A stretch of DNA of 54,193 bases from Pseudomonadota bacterium (GTDB taxonomy: Bacteria > UBA10199 > 2-02-FULL-44-16 > JAAZCA01): NCBI GenBank assembly GCA_043798915.1, contig JAZDOG010000055.1:1-54193 (forward strand). Direction: 5' to 3'. Positions 18,849-27,243 of this stretch are shown piece by piece. The position numbers and the translations under genes were made by a program. Numbering within the stretch: the stretch's first letter is position 1; every line of letters begins with the position of its first letter. The notes beneath the pieces were generated by a model. That model saw only the letters and a list, made by a program, of their open reading frames with translations. It did no database searches and was not told where the DNA came from.

Positions 18849-21002
18849 ATGGAGGTTTGCATGAAGCGTATTCATTTATGTCTTCTGGTTCTCCTCGTAG
18901 CCGGCCTTGCCTCTATGGCAGCGTGTAGCGGGGGAGGCGATGGAAGCGAGGGGGCCAATAGTTCGGTCAGCGCGGACGTCGCCAACTGCACCGATACCGG
19001 CGGCCAGTTTCAGACAGACGGCACCTGCCTGTGTTCAGACAGCCAGCCTCCAGCGGCGGACGGCAGCTGCAGCTGTCCCGACGGAGAGGAACTGGTTGGA
19101 ACAACGTGTATGGCGGATTGCGCAACAGGTCAATATCGCGACACCACAGACCTCACTTGCAAGACCAGTGTTGCCGCGGGCTGCACGGGCGGCACTGTTC
19201 AGTCAGATGGCAGCTGCCAGTGTCCTGCCGGGATGCAGCCCACGATGGGCGTGTGCAAGACGACGAATGCGGCTGCTACCCCACCAAAACCCGTGGAGAT
19301 TACCGCTGCTTATTTTAACAGCAAATGCGTCCTTTCAACCGATGGATGTGGCGGGACGCTGACGGCCAAATACTTCACGGGCACTAAGAATTACGAGTGG
19401 GATATAATAAAGGGTGCCATGCCCCCCGGCATTTCTCTCACGGATACCGGCACGAAACAGGCTTCGGTCACGGGAAAGCCGACAGCGATGTCGCCCTCCG
19501 GCTCGCCGTTCACGTTCACGGTGCAGGTTGCCGACGCCGACGACGCGACGAAGGTCGCCACGGTCGACCTCTCAATGACTGTCACAGGAGGGGATGACCC
19601 CGTCAGCCTCAGCCTCTACAAAAAGACGGGGGAGCGGACTCTCAAAACAGGAGACAAAACAGGAGACAAAGTTGATACGTGGGACTGGCAGGAAATCACC
19701 AGCAGCTCCAACTTTGTAGCCGCGCCCGGCGATGTGTTCAAAGCCCTGGTCGTCGGCCATGTGTCGAAATACAACTGGTCGATGGGCGACCAGCCGGTGT
19801 CCTGCGACGATCCGGCTTCGTGTTCATGGAGCGCCGGCGTCACCGCGTCATATGCGCCGAAGAAACGGCCCTCCCCGCCGCCAGGCGACAAAATAATGAG
19901 GCTGGCGGCGCCGCGGTCGTTGCTGGGGGGGGCGGCGCCGGGGCCGCAGAAATCCGATACCACGCCTGCTCAGGCCTTGTACTTTCAGATAGATAAAAAC
20001 GCCGCTGACGGCTCGACCGTGAAAGTGGATGTCGACGATGGCTTCGGCAACACGGATTCCGTGTCGTTGGCCGTCAAGGATCCCTGCAAATCGTTTGGAT
20101 TTGCGAAGCCTGACCTGAATTTTTTAGCTACCCAAGATGGAAAGGTTCATGTCGAGGTTCCTGTCACAGGCGGCAAAGCGCCATATACGTGGAATGTAAC
20201 GCCAGATGGTCCAGATCCTTTCATGTTGTCGGCCGCAGCCTGGAGGACCGTGCCTGCGATACTTTCGCGTGACGGCGATCAAGGTGGAAATCTCAGCCTT
20301 GGCGAATTGAGCGGCAAATCCTGGACATACAAAGTTAAGGTTTCCGATGCTTGCACTCCGAACAATAGTATCGAGATGCCTTTAAAAATCAGCGCGCCGA
20401 CGACAGGCAACAGCAAGGACACCTTGGATAAAATGAAATTCAGGGTGAAATTATGGTGGGTGGATAACACAACAACATACGACGGCGACGACGATTGTTA
20501 TTCCTATGACGGCGGCGATTGCACCTTTATGATGGTCAAATTCTATGACATCAATGGTAATTTGATGAACTTCTACCAGCCCGACATGACGGGACGCCTG
20601 AAGAACCATGAGGACGATGTTATCGATCTGGGCCAGTGCGGTCGAGATCAGGATGGAAGTGATATTGCGGCATGTGAAAATGAGATGTCGATCGATTGGA
20701 ATGATGATTACAAAGGGAAGTTTTTTACCGCAGTGAATAAGATAGAGGTCTGGACGCACAGAGGCGGAATGAAGAGTATCACGCTGGGTGTTGTGAAGAT
20801 AGAATTCTATACTGATAATTGGCTGCTAACAATCGGTAAATGGATGCTAATAGATCAAGATTTCGACGATGCTGCGCGTGCTGCAAACAAGCCTGGGTTC
20901 GGCGACATGTATTCGTGTGGTGATTCGAACTGTACGGCAGGTTTGACGGATACATTGCTGAGCGGCGGCGCGAAAATCGAAGATTTCTGGATATCTAAAT
21001 AA
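18849..21002 (+). CDS. Large surface lipoprotein with Cys-rich repeats and putative Ig-like domains
   Basis: Lipobox MAAC; repeated DGxCxC units; G.MPPGISL..G.P....FTFTVQV.D putative-Ig pattern. Confidence 0.8.
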   Translation: MEVCMKRIHLCLLVLLVAGLASMAACSGGGDGSEGANSSVSADVANCTDTGGQFQTDGTCLCSDSQPPAADGSCSCPDGEELVGTTCMADCATGQYRDTTDLTCKTSVAAGCTGGTVQSDGSCQCPAGMQPTMGVCKTTNAAATPPKPVEITAAYFNSKCVLSTDGCGGTLTAKYFTGTKNYEWDIIKGAMPPGISLTDTGTKQASVTGKPTAMSPSGSPFTFTVQVADADDATKVATVDLSMTVTGGDDPVSLSLYKKTGERTLKTGDKTGDKVDTWDWQEITSSSNFVAAPGDVFKALVVGHVSKYNWSMGDQPVSCDDPASCSWSAGVTASYAPKKRPSPPPGDKIMRLAAPRSLLGGAAPGPQKSDTTPAQALYFQIDKNAADGSTVKVDVDDGFGNTDSVSLAVKDPCKSFGFAKPDLNFLATQDGKVHVEVPVTGGKAPYTWNVTPDGPDPFMLSAAAWRTVPAILSRDGDQGGNLSLGELSGKSWTYKVKVSDACTPNNSIEMPLKISAPTTGNSKDTLDKMKFRVKLWWVDNTTTYDGDDDCYSYDGGDCTFMMVKFYDINGNLMNFYQPDMTGRLKNHEDDVIDLGQCGRDQDGSDIAACENEMSIDWNDDYKGKFFTAVNKIEVWTHRGGMKSITLGVVKIEFYTDNWLLTIGKWMLIDQDFDDAARAANKPGFGDMYSCGDSNCTAGLTDTLLSGGAKIEDFWISK

Positions 21003-21042
21003 ACAGAACGATTGAGTTAAAATAATCTGGCGGAAATTGTCT

Positions 21043-21104
21043 GGTGACCCCGGACCCCGGAAAAACGGGTTCCGGGGTTTTGGTTTTCGTGCGCAGCTGT
21101 CACC
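21043..21104 (+). repeat. Repeat family B, copy 1 (36-bp core identical to 22565-22600)
   Basis: GACCCCGGACCCCGGAAAAACGGGTTCCGGGGTTTT at 21046-21081, within GGTGAC...GTCACC ends. Confidence 0.85.
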
Positions 21105-22497
21105 CGTCGATGTGCGGCATCCCATCGGGAAACAGCAGCAGAAACAGCGGCAAAGGCACCGCCTGAATTCCCTCTATTGTGCACCGCGACGTCGTTTTGG
21201 TCAGGATCACTGCCTCTTTGTATTTTACAAGCTGTTTGAGGTCGTTCGGGCGAAGCTGGTTTGTCCATTTCACTTCCATCGGCACAAATCTCTTTTCATC
21301 TGCGATGACGATATCCACTTCTCCGTCGGCCTTGAGATAATAGGTGGGGAGACAGCGGCGGTAGTTTGCGGCGGCGATAGACTCTGCTTTCAGAGGATCC
21401 GTGTCGCGGGGCTTCATGCAGCGCTCCGCCACAAGCCACCTGTCGACCGTGTCCATGATGAAAGGATCCCAGAAATGCAGCTTCCTCGCTTTTCTGGGGA
21501 AGCCCATCCTGGTGTTCTGGTCGAATGCCTGCAGCGCAAAAAGGACATCCATTCTCTCCAGCAGATTTACATAATCTATGAAAGTTTCCTTGGCTACCCG
21601 CCCCATCTTGTTGGTGAGGGATGAATATGTCACCTGCGTTCCGGCCGATTCAAATACCGTTGCCAGAAGATGAAGCAACGTTTGGGCGTTTTTGCCCCTG
21701 CGTTCAAAATCTCCCCGTATCCATTGCTCAAATGTGAGGTGCGTGGCTTTTCTTATTTCACCGGCGGAGTGGATATCGTTGATTGCCCTGAGATATCCGC
21801 CGCACTTCAAAAATGTCTTAAAGGAGGCAAGAATTTTTTCAATGTGATTTTCCGGCTCCTTCAGGAACTCCGGATTGACGAGCTTGATGTACTCATGGAA
21901 ATTCAACGGGTGGAGATGAAAATCCTGGATATCCGCTTCGCCGCGGCGCCCGGGAAAACGGCTGGCGGCATCCTTTAAAATCACGCTGTCTGAACCGGTG
22001 ATGATGCAAAAGCCGCGCTTCAGCGTTCCATCATCTGTAAGCGCTTTGATTGCGCGATCCCAGTCGGGGACAAATGTCGCTTCATCGATGATTATCAGGA
22101 AGCGCCCTTCCTCTCCTTTGGGGATATCCTCGACAAAGGCGCTGATCACGCGCGCCAGGTGATGGTAGTCGTCGACCCGGTCGCATGGCAGGTAGAACAC
22201 CTGCTGCGCGGAGAATGTCTTTTGCTTCAAAACTTCTCTGATGAGGAGTTTTGTCGACGTGGATTTGCCGATCTGCCTTCCGCCTGTAAGAATGTAGATG
22301 CCGGGTTTGGTCCAATCCAGATCCGCCCACCAGTTCAGCGGAGAAACGAACTTCAAATCTTTTAGTATCTCCAGATGGGGGTCATGTTCTTCAAAAGCGT
22401 GGATGCCTTTGGTGAAGAGGTTGTGCCTCAGGTATTCCTCTTGCATGCTCGAGACGATATCTTCGATTGCCAAATTTGTCCAATTAATATTAGACAA
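21100..22497 (-). CDS. AAA_14/DUF4143-type ATP-binding protein
   Basis: Walker A GGRQIGKS, Walker B IIIDE, IITGS, KLHFWD and C-terminal EVD...EVK nuclease-like motif. Start may be 22446. Confidence 0.85.
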   Translation of the reverse strand: MSNINWTNLAIEDIVSSMQEEYLRHNLFTKGIHAFEEHDPHLEILKDLKFVSPLNWWADLDWTKPGIYILTGGRQIGKSTSTKLLIREVLKQKTFSAQQVFYLPCDRVDDYHHLARVISAFVEDIPKGEEGRFLIIIDEATFVPDWDRAIKALTDDGTLKRGFCIITGSDSVILKDAASRFPGRRGEADIQDFHLHPLNFHEYIKLVNPEFLKEPENHIEKILASFKTFLKCGGYLRAINDIHSAGEIRKATHLTFEQWIRGDFERRGKNAQTLLHLLATVFESAGTQVTYSSLTNKMGRVAKETFIDYVNLLERMDVLFALQAFDQNTRMGFPRKARKLHFWDPFIMDTVDRWLVAERCMKPRDTDPLKAESIAAANYRRCLPTYYLKADGEVDIVIADEKRFVPMEVKWTNQLRPNDLKQLVKYKEAVILTKTTSRCTIEGIQAVPLPLFLLLFPDGMPHIDG

Positions 22498-22561
22498 ATT
22501 CGTCTAATGTAGCCGGGTGGCGAATTTGCAGCTTTTTTTCCGCTGGCTTGTCTGACGACAT

Positions 22562-22620
22562 GGCGACCCCGGACCCCGGAAAAACGGGTTCCGGGGTTTT
22601 AACACCCGCCGGTTGTCACC
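22562..22620 (+). repeat. Repeat family B, copy 2
   Basis: Identical 36-bp core at 22565-22600, within GGCGAC...GTCACC ends. Confidence 0.85.
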
Positions 22621-22644
22621 TTGTCTTTATAAAATATATCGTAA

Positions 22645-22687
22645 AATCAAACAGTTGAGCGGGGCGACCGATGGCAGGTCTTTTGCA
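22645..22687 (+). promoter_or_regulatory. IHF site plus sigma-54 promoter
   Basis: AATCAAACAGTTG (WATCAAN4TTR) at 22645-22657; TGGCAGGTCTTTTGCA (GG-N10-GC) at 22672-22687. Confidence 0.7.
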
Positions 22688-22720
22688 TATAGATAGTGCG
22701 AGATCGAAAGGGAGGCGGCT

Positions 22721-23038
22721 ATGAAGATTGGAGAATTACAGATAGATCAAAGAGCAGTGCAGGAATTTCGTGATATCAGTGCCGGCGATGCCGGTGTGGT
22801 TGGAAAGGCTGCCAATGCTTCTAAAAATGATGTCGACGCAGCCGTCGGCGCGCCTGGTGGATTTGCAAAATTCCAGTTGAAGAGCGGTGGGCTCAATGCA
22901 GCGCGTTTTGGCGATATGGCACCAAAGACTGGAGACCGCGTGACGCTTCTGGCAGACAGGCTATCTATGGAGCATCCTGACTCAGTTGCAGGGCAAATTT
23001 TGGCATTGGTTCTGATACAGAGCAAGCCTAAGGCATAA
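22721..23038 (+). CDS. Hypothetical protein
   Basis: GGGAGG RBS; directly downstream of the sigma-54 promoter. Confidence 0.7.
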   Translation: MKIGELQIDQRAVQEFRDISAGDAGVVGKAANASKNDVDAAVGAPGGFAKFQLKSGGLNAARFGDMAPKTGDRVTLLADRLSMEHPDSVAGQILALVLIQSKPKA

Positions 23039-23049
23039 AGGGGGTTACA

Positions 23050-23358
23050 ATGGCAAAGAAATGGACAAGAGAGGAAGTCGTAAGGCTTTTCGAGCTCCTG
23101 ATCGAACGCGGGGCACCGATCGTCAGCCATCCGAAATTCAGGGAAATTCTGAATCGCGACCAGAACCTTTATGCCAACCAGGTCACCCGCGAGGCCAATG
23201 GGAACATCGCCTATCGCTCGGTGGACTTCGATGTGAACGAGGTGGAGGACGATGAGTTCTGGAATCGCATCGACTCGACTCCATACCAGGATCTGATCGA
23301 GGACAACGCTGCAATCGCCATCGTCAAGATGGCCGAAAAATTCAATCTTATCAATTAG
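23050..23358 (+). CDS. Hypothetical acidic protein
   Basis: AGGGGG RBS; starts 11 bp after the previous stop. Confidence 0.7.
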   Translation: MAKKWTREEVVRLFELLIERGAPIVSHPKFREILNRDQNLYANQVTREANGNIAYRSVDFDVNEVEDDEFWNRIDSTPYQDLIEDNAAIAIVKMAEKFNLIN

Positions 23359-23390
23359 ATCTCCCATATCGTCACTTTTCTAAAAATAAC

Positions 23391-23419
23391 ACGCAACTAT
23401 TTGCGCATTGTGCCGATAC
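23391..23419 (+). promoter_or_regulatory. Sigma-28-like promoter motif, copy 3
   Basis: ACGCAACTATTTGCGCATTGTGCCGATAC; GCAA-N15-GCCGATAC. Confidence 0.55.
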
Positions 23420-23522
23420 CTTAACTGGATGGCACACGATCGACACAGCCTGCGATGGGGAGCTAAAAAAACGCTCCCCATTTTTGTCCGCATCGGGGAA
23501 TTGGAGGGTTGAATCAGGCAAT

Positions 23523-23552
23523 AAAAAGGCGAAATCCTTGAGGATTTCGCCT
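23523..23552 (-). terminator. Terminator downstream of tRNA-Phe
   Basis: Minus strand reads AGGCGAAATCC-TCAA-GGATTTCGCCTTTTT. Confidence 0.85.
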
Positions 23553-23553
23553 G

Positions 23554-23626
23554 TGGGCAGGGACGGAATTGAACCGCCGACACGCAGATTTTCAGTCTGC
23601 TGCTCTACCGACTGAGCTACCTGCCC
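23554..23626 (-). tRNA. tRNA-Phe(GAA); CCA not encoded
   Basis: GGGCAGGTAGCTCAGTCGGTAGAGCAGCAGACTGAAAATCTGCGTGTCGGCGGTTCAATTCCGTCCCTGCCCA folds as a cloverleaf with anticodon GAA. Confidence 0.97.
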
Positions 23627-23677
23627 TGATAAGTAACGATATAGTTGAAATTAAACAACTTTTAATGAACGGGGCGG

Positions 23678-23706
23678 ACAATAGACAATGGGGATTCCGG
23701 TGTCAA
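23678..23706 (-). promoter_or_regulatory. Sigma-70 promoter of tRNA-Phe
   Basis: TTGACA-N17-TATTGT followed by the GC-rich discriminator CCGCCCC. Confidence 0.7.
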
Positions 23707-23967
23707 GCGACATGGTGAAAAATTGGGAATGTGTTTAGATTTCAAGTTGGCGTATTGGATAACCGGAAGCGCAAGCTCAAGGAATGGACGACAAGGCCAT
23801 GGATCAAAAAAAGATTTTAAAAAACAGCATGTTGCGAGTTGACGGGTTTGGGCATACTGTGGTATACAAGCATTCATGGAAATTGGGGATCAGATGATAA
23901 TCTATTGAAATTATTGATTTATTTTGTAGTGCCGGCTTGGGGGCCGATAGAAAGGGAGGGTGGGGTG

Positions 23968-24480
23968 ATGAGCGAGAGACGTTCGGCATTGAACAAAGAA
24001 TTCAAGGTTGGCGATGTCGCGGTCTATCCGGCGCATGGCGTCGGCAAGGTCCACTCGATCGAAGAGCGCGAGATCGCCGGCAACCGCCACAAGTTTTACA
24101 TACTCAAGATCCTCGACACCGGCATGACGATCATGGTTCCAACTGGAAACGTCCGCAGCGTTGGTCTCCGCGAGGTCATCAACGAGAGCGAAGTGGACAT
24201 CGTCTACGAGATATTGAAGGAGCGGGACATCTCCATCAACGAGCAGACCTGGAACCGCCGCTACCGCGAATACATGGACAAGATCAAGACCGGCTCGATC
24301 TACGAGATCGCAGAGGTCCTGCGCGACCTGATGCTCCTGCGCTATGAAAAGGAGCTCTCCTTCGGCGAGCGCAAGATGCTCGACACCGCCCGCTGCCTCA
24401 TCATCAAGGAGCTGGCCATCTCGCAGACCGTCGCCGAAGATGATATAGCCGAGGAGATCGACGAGATATTTGCCAATTAA
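23968..24480 (+). CDS. carD: CarD/CdnL family transcription factor
   Basis: FKVGDVAVYPAHGVG, WNRRYR and LSFGERKML motifs; classic position upstream of ispDF. Confidence 0.93.
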   Translation: MSERRSALNKEFKVGDVAVYPAHGVGKVHSIEEREIAGNRHKFYILKILDTGMTIMVPTGNVRSVGLREVINESEVDIVYEILKERDISINEQTWNRRYREYMDKIKTGSIYEIAEVLRDLMLLRYEKELSFGERKMLDTARCLIIKELAISQTVAEDDIAEEIDEIFAN

Positions 24481-24505
24481 TCCATTGGCTGCAAAGTGAA
24501 TAACT

Positions 24506-24536
24506 GGCCCATCCACACCGGATGGGCCGTTTTTTT
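24506..24536 (+). terminator. Rho-independent terminator
   Basis: GGCCCATCC-ACACC-GGATGGGCC followed by G and a T-run. Confidence 0.8.
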
Positions 24537-24576
24537 GCTGACAGGGGTGAGCGGCTTGGACTATGAGGTTCGTTCG

Positions 24577-25266
24577 ATGAAGATTGCGGCAATCATAGCA
24601 GCGGCAGGGATCGGAAGGCGGATGGGCGGCGGGCTCCCCAAGCAATATCTTGAGATAGGGGGCCGTCCCATCATCTGCCACACCCTCGACCGCTTTCGCG
24701 AGGCAAAGGGAATCGGCGAGGTGATCGTCGTCGTTGAGCCAGGCCGCGAGGCGGCCTTCCGCGAGGAGATACTCAAGGCCGGCGGCTATCCGTCGACCTG
24801 GCGCGCGACCGCCGGCGGGAAGCTCCGGCAGGAGTCGGTGGCCAACGGCCTCGCACTTGTCCCTTCCGACTGCGACGTAGTCCTGGTCCACGACGGCGTG
24901 CGGCCGTTTGTCACGGCGGAGCACATCGAGCGCGCCGCTTTAGTCGCCGCGCGGGACGGGGCATGCATCATAGCCTCGCCTATCAGGGAGACGGTCAAGC
25001 GCGTGGGTGCCGACGGCATGATCCAGGAGACCGTCGACAGGGAGCATCTCTGGGGTGCACAGACGCCGCAGGGGTTTCTGACGAGCATCCTCAAGGACGC
25101 GGTGGCCGCAGCGCTTCGCGACGGTTTTGTGGGGACAGATGAAGCGAGCCTCGTGGAGCGGATGGGAGCGAAGGTGACGGCCATCGATGGGGATGCCCGC
25201 AACATAAAGATTACGACGCCATCCGATCTCGCCATGGCCGAAGGCATCCTCAAGGAGTGGCGCTGA
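24577..25266 (+). CDS. ispD: 2-C-methyl-D-erythritol 4-phosphate cytidylyltransferase
   Basis: [29 protein letters not shown] and NIKITTP motifs. Confidence 0.95.
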   Translation: MKIAAIIAAAGIGRRMGGGLPKQYLEIGGRPIICHTLDRFREAKGIGEVIVVVEPGREAAFREEILKAGGYPSTWRATAGGKLRQESVANGLALVPSDCDVVLVHDGVRPFVTAEHIERAALVAARDGACIIASPIRETVKRVGADGMIQETVDREHLWGAQTPQGFLTSILKDAVAAALRDGFVGTDEASLVERMGAKVTAIDGDARNIKITTPSDLAMAEGILKEWR

Positions 25267-25760
25267 TGGGCCCTGCAAAGACAATGCGGATCGGGATCGG
25301 CTATGACATCCACCGCCTCGTGGCGGGCCGGCCGCTCATCCTGGGCGGCGTGACGATTCCCTATGACAAGGGTCTTCTCGGCCACTCCGACGGCGATGCG
25401 CTCCTCCACTCGATCGCCGATGCGCTCCTCGGCGCTGCGGCGCTGGGTGACATCGGCAGGCATTTTCCTGATACCGACTCCAGATATAAGGATGCCGACA
25501 GCGCGATCCTCCTTTCAAAAGTCGTGAAGCTCCTCTCGGAAACCGGATATGCGCCCGTGAACGTGGATGCGAACATCGTGGCTGAAAAACCAAAGCTCTC
25601 GCCGCACATTGGCGCGATGCGCGAGCGCATCTCTGCGATTCTCGGCCTGCCGATGGATGCGGTGAGCATCAAGGCGCGCACGAATGAAGGAGTGGGCCCG
25701 GTGGGGCAGAGCGAGGCGATCGTCGTGCAGGCCGCGGTCCTTGTGAAAAAGGGGAAGTGA
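25266..25760 (+). CDS. ispF: 2-C-methyl-D-erythritol 2,4-cyclodiphosphate synthase
   Basis: [18 protein letters not shown] and DIGRHFP motifs. Confidence 0.96.
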   Translation: MGPAKTMRIGIGYDIHRLVAGRPLILGGVTIPYDKGLLGHSDGDALLHSIADALLGAAALGDIGRHFPDTDSRYKDADSAILLSKVVKLLSETGYAPVNVDANIVAEKPKLSPHIGAMRERISAILGLPMDAVSIKARTNEGVGPVGQSEAIVVQAAVLVKKGK

Positions 25761-27235
25761 TGCCGCTTGTCGTCTATAACACCCTGACGGGGAAAAAGGA
25801 GGAGTTCGTTCCGCTTGCGGCCCCGAAGGTCGGGATGTACGTCTGCGGGATCACGGCGTATGACACCTGCCATCTGGGGCACGCGCGCGCGGCGGTGGTC
25901 TTCGACGTCATCACCCGGTATCTGCGGCATAAAAATTATGATCTCACATACGTCCGCAACTACACCGACGTTGACGACAAGATCATCAACCGGGCGAACA
26001 AAGAGGGCATGTCGTGCACGGAGATTTCCGAGCGCTATATAAAGGAATATGAGGGCGACATGGCGTCGCTCGGCGTCCTCAAACCTGATAAAACGCCCAA
26101 GGCGACCGAACACATCCCGGACATGATAGCCACCGTCGAGAAACTGATCGCAAACGGGCTGGCATATGTCACGAAGGGCGGCGTCTATTATTCGGTGCGC
26201 AAATTCAAAGGCTACGGAAAGCTTTCAGGGAAAAACATCGAGGAGTTGGAGAGCGGCGCGCGCGTGGAGATAGACGAGGCGAAGAACGATCCGCTCGACT
26301 TCGCCCTCTGGAAGGCGGCCAAGCCCGGCGAACCTTCATGGCCATCGCCATGGGGCGAGGGTCGGCCCGGCTGGCATATCGAATGCTCCGCGATGAGCAC
26401 GAAATATCTCGGCCAGCCCTTCGACATCCACGGCGGCGGCCGCGACCTTATCTTCCCTCATCACGAGAACGAGATCGCGCAGGCCGAAGGCACGTGCAAC
26501 TGCCAGTTCGTCCGATACTGGCTCCACAACGGCTTCATCAACATCAACACGGAGAAGATGAGCAAGTCGCTGGGCAACATCACGGCGATTCCGGAGGTGC
26601 TCAAACAGAACGACGCTGAGGCGGTGAGGCTCTTCCTTCTTTCAAACCACTATCGCTCGCCGATCGACTACACGCAGCAGGCGATGGCCGAGGCCGCTGC
26701 GTCTCTCGACCGCTTTTATGACACGGCCGATCGCCTCCAACGCATCCATCCGGGCAAGGCGGCATCCGATGTGCCGGACTGCGGAGAGGCCGGTGTCGCT
26801 GTGAAGGAGGCGCTGGAAAAATTCGACGGCCGGTTCGAGGCCGCGATGGACGATGATTTCAACACCGCGATGGTCACGGGACAGGTTTTCGAGGCCGTTC
26901 GCCTGGTCAACCGCTACCTCGATGAAATGGGATCCAAACCGACCCCGTTCGTCGGTTGGGTGGCCCGTAAGTTTAAGCACGTCCAGCATACGCTGGGCGA
27001 GGTCTTAGGCCTCTTCGGCTCGGAGGCTTCAGAGTATGCGAAAAGGACGACCGCCCGTGCCGGTGTCTCGCGGGGGGTCGATCCCCAAGAGATCGAAAAA
27101 CTCATCGCGGAGAGAAAGGCGGCGCGCTCCGCCAAGGACTTCAAACGGTCCGACGCCATCCGCGCCGAGCTCGCGTCGAAGGGCGTGGAGATAAAGGACC
27201 GCCCGGACGGCACTACGGAGTGGAAGCTCCGATAG
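25760..27235 (+). CDS. cysS: Cysteine--tRNA ligase
   Basis: [21 protein letters not shown] and KMSKS motifs. Confidence 0.97.
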   Translation: MPLVVYNTLTGKKEEFVPLAAPKVGMYVCGITAYDTCHLGHARAAVVFDVITRYLRHKNYDLTYVRNYTDVDDKIINRANKEGMSCTEISERYIKEYEGDMASLGVLKPDKTPKATEHIPDMIATVEKLIANGLAYVTKGGVYYSVRKFKGYGKLSGKNIEELESGARVEIDEAKNDPLDFALWKAAKPGEPSWPSPWGEGRPGWHIECSAMSTKYLGQPFDIHGGGRDLIFPHHENEIAQAEGTCNCQFVRYWLHNGFININTEKMSKSLGNITAIPEVLKQNDAEAVRLFLLSNHYRSPIDYTQQAMAEAAASLDRFYDTADRLQRIHPGKAASDVPDCGEAGVAVKEALEKFDGRFEAAMDDDFNTAMVTGQVFEAVRLVNRYLDEMGSKPTPFVGWVARKFKHVQHTLGEVLGLFGSEASEYAKRTTARAGVSRGVDPQEIEKLIAERKAARSAKDFKRSDAIRAELASKGVEIKDRPDGTTEWKLR

Positions 27236-27243
27236 TTTTCATC

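Noticed and set aside
18849..23554. Prophage or integrative element at tRNA-Phe
   Set aside because: No integrase, no phage genes and no duplicated tRNA 3' end were found; at most an accessory islet.
23924..23950. GCCGATAG upstream of carD as a fourth sigma-28-like promoter
   Set aside because: The GCAA element is absent at the 15-nt spacing; a sigma-70-like TTGACG...TATACA at 23839-23868 explains carD better.
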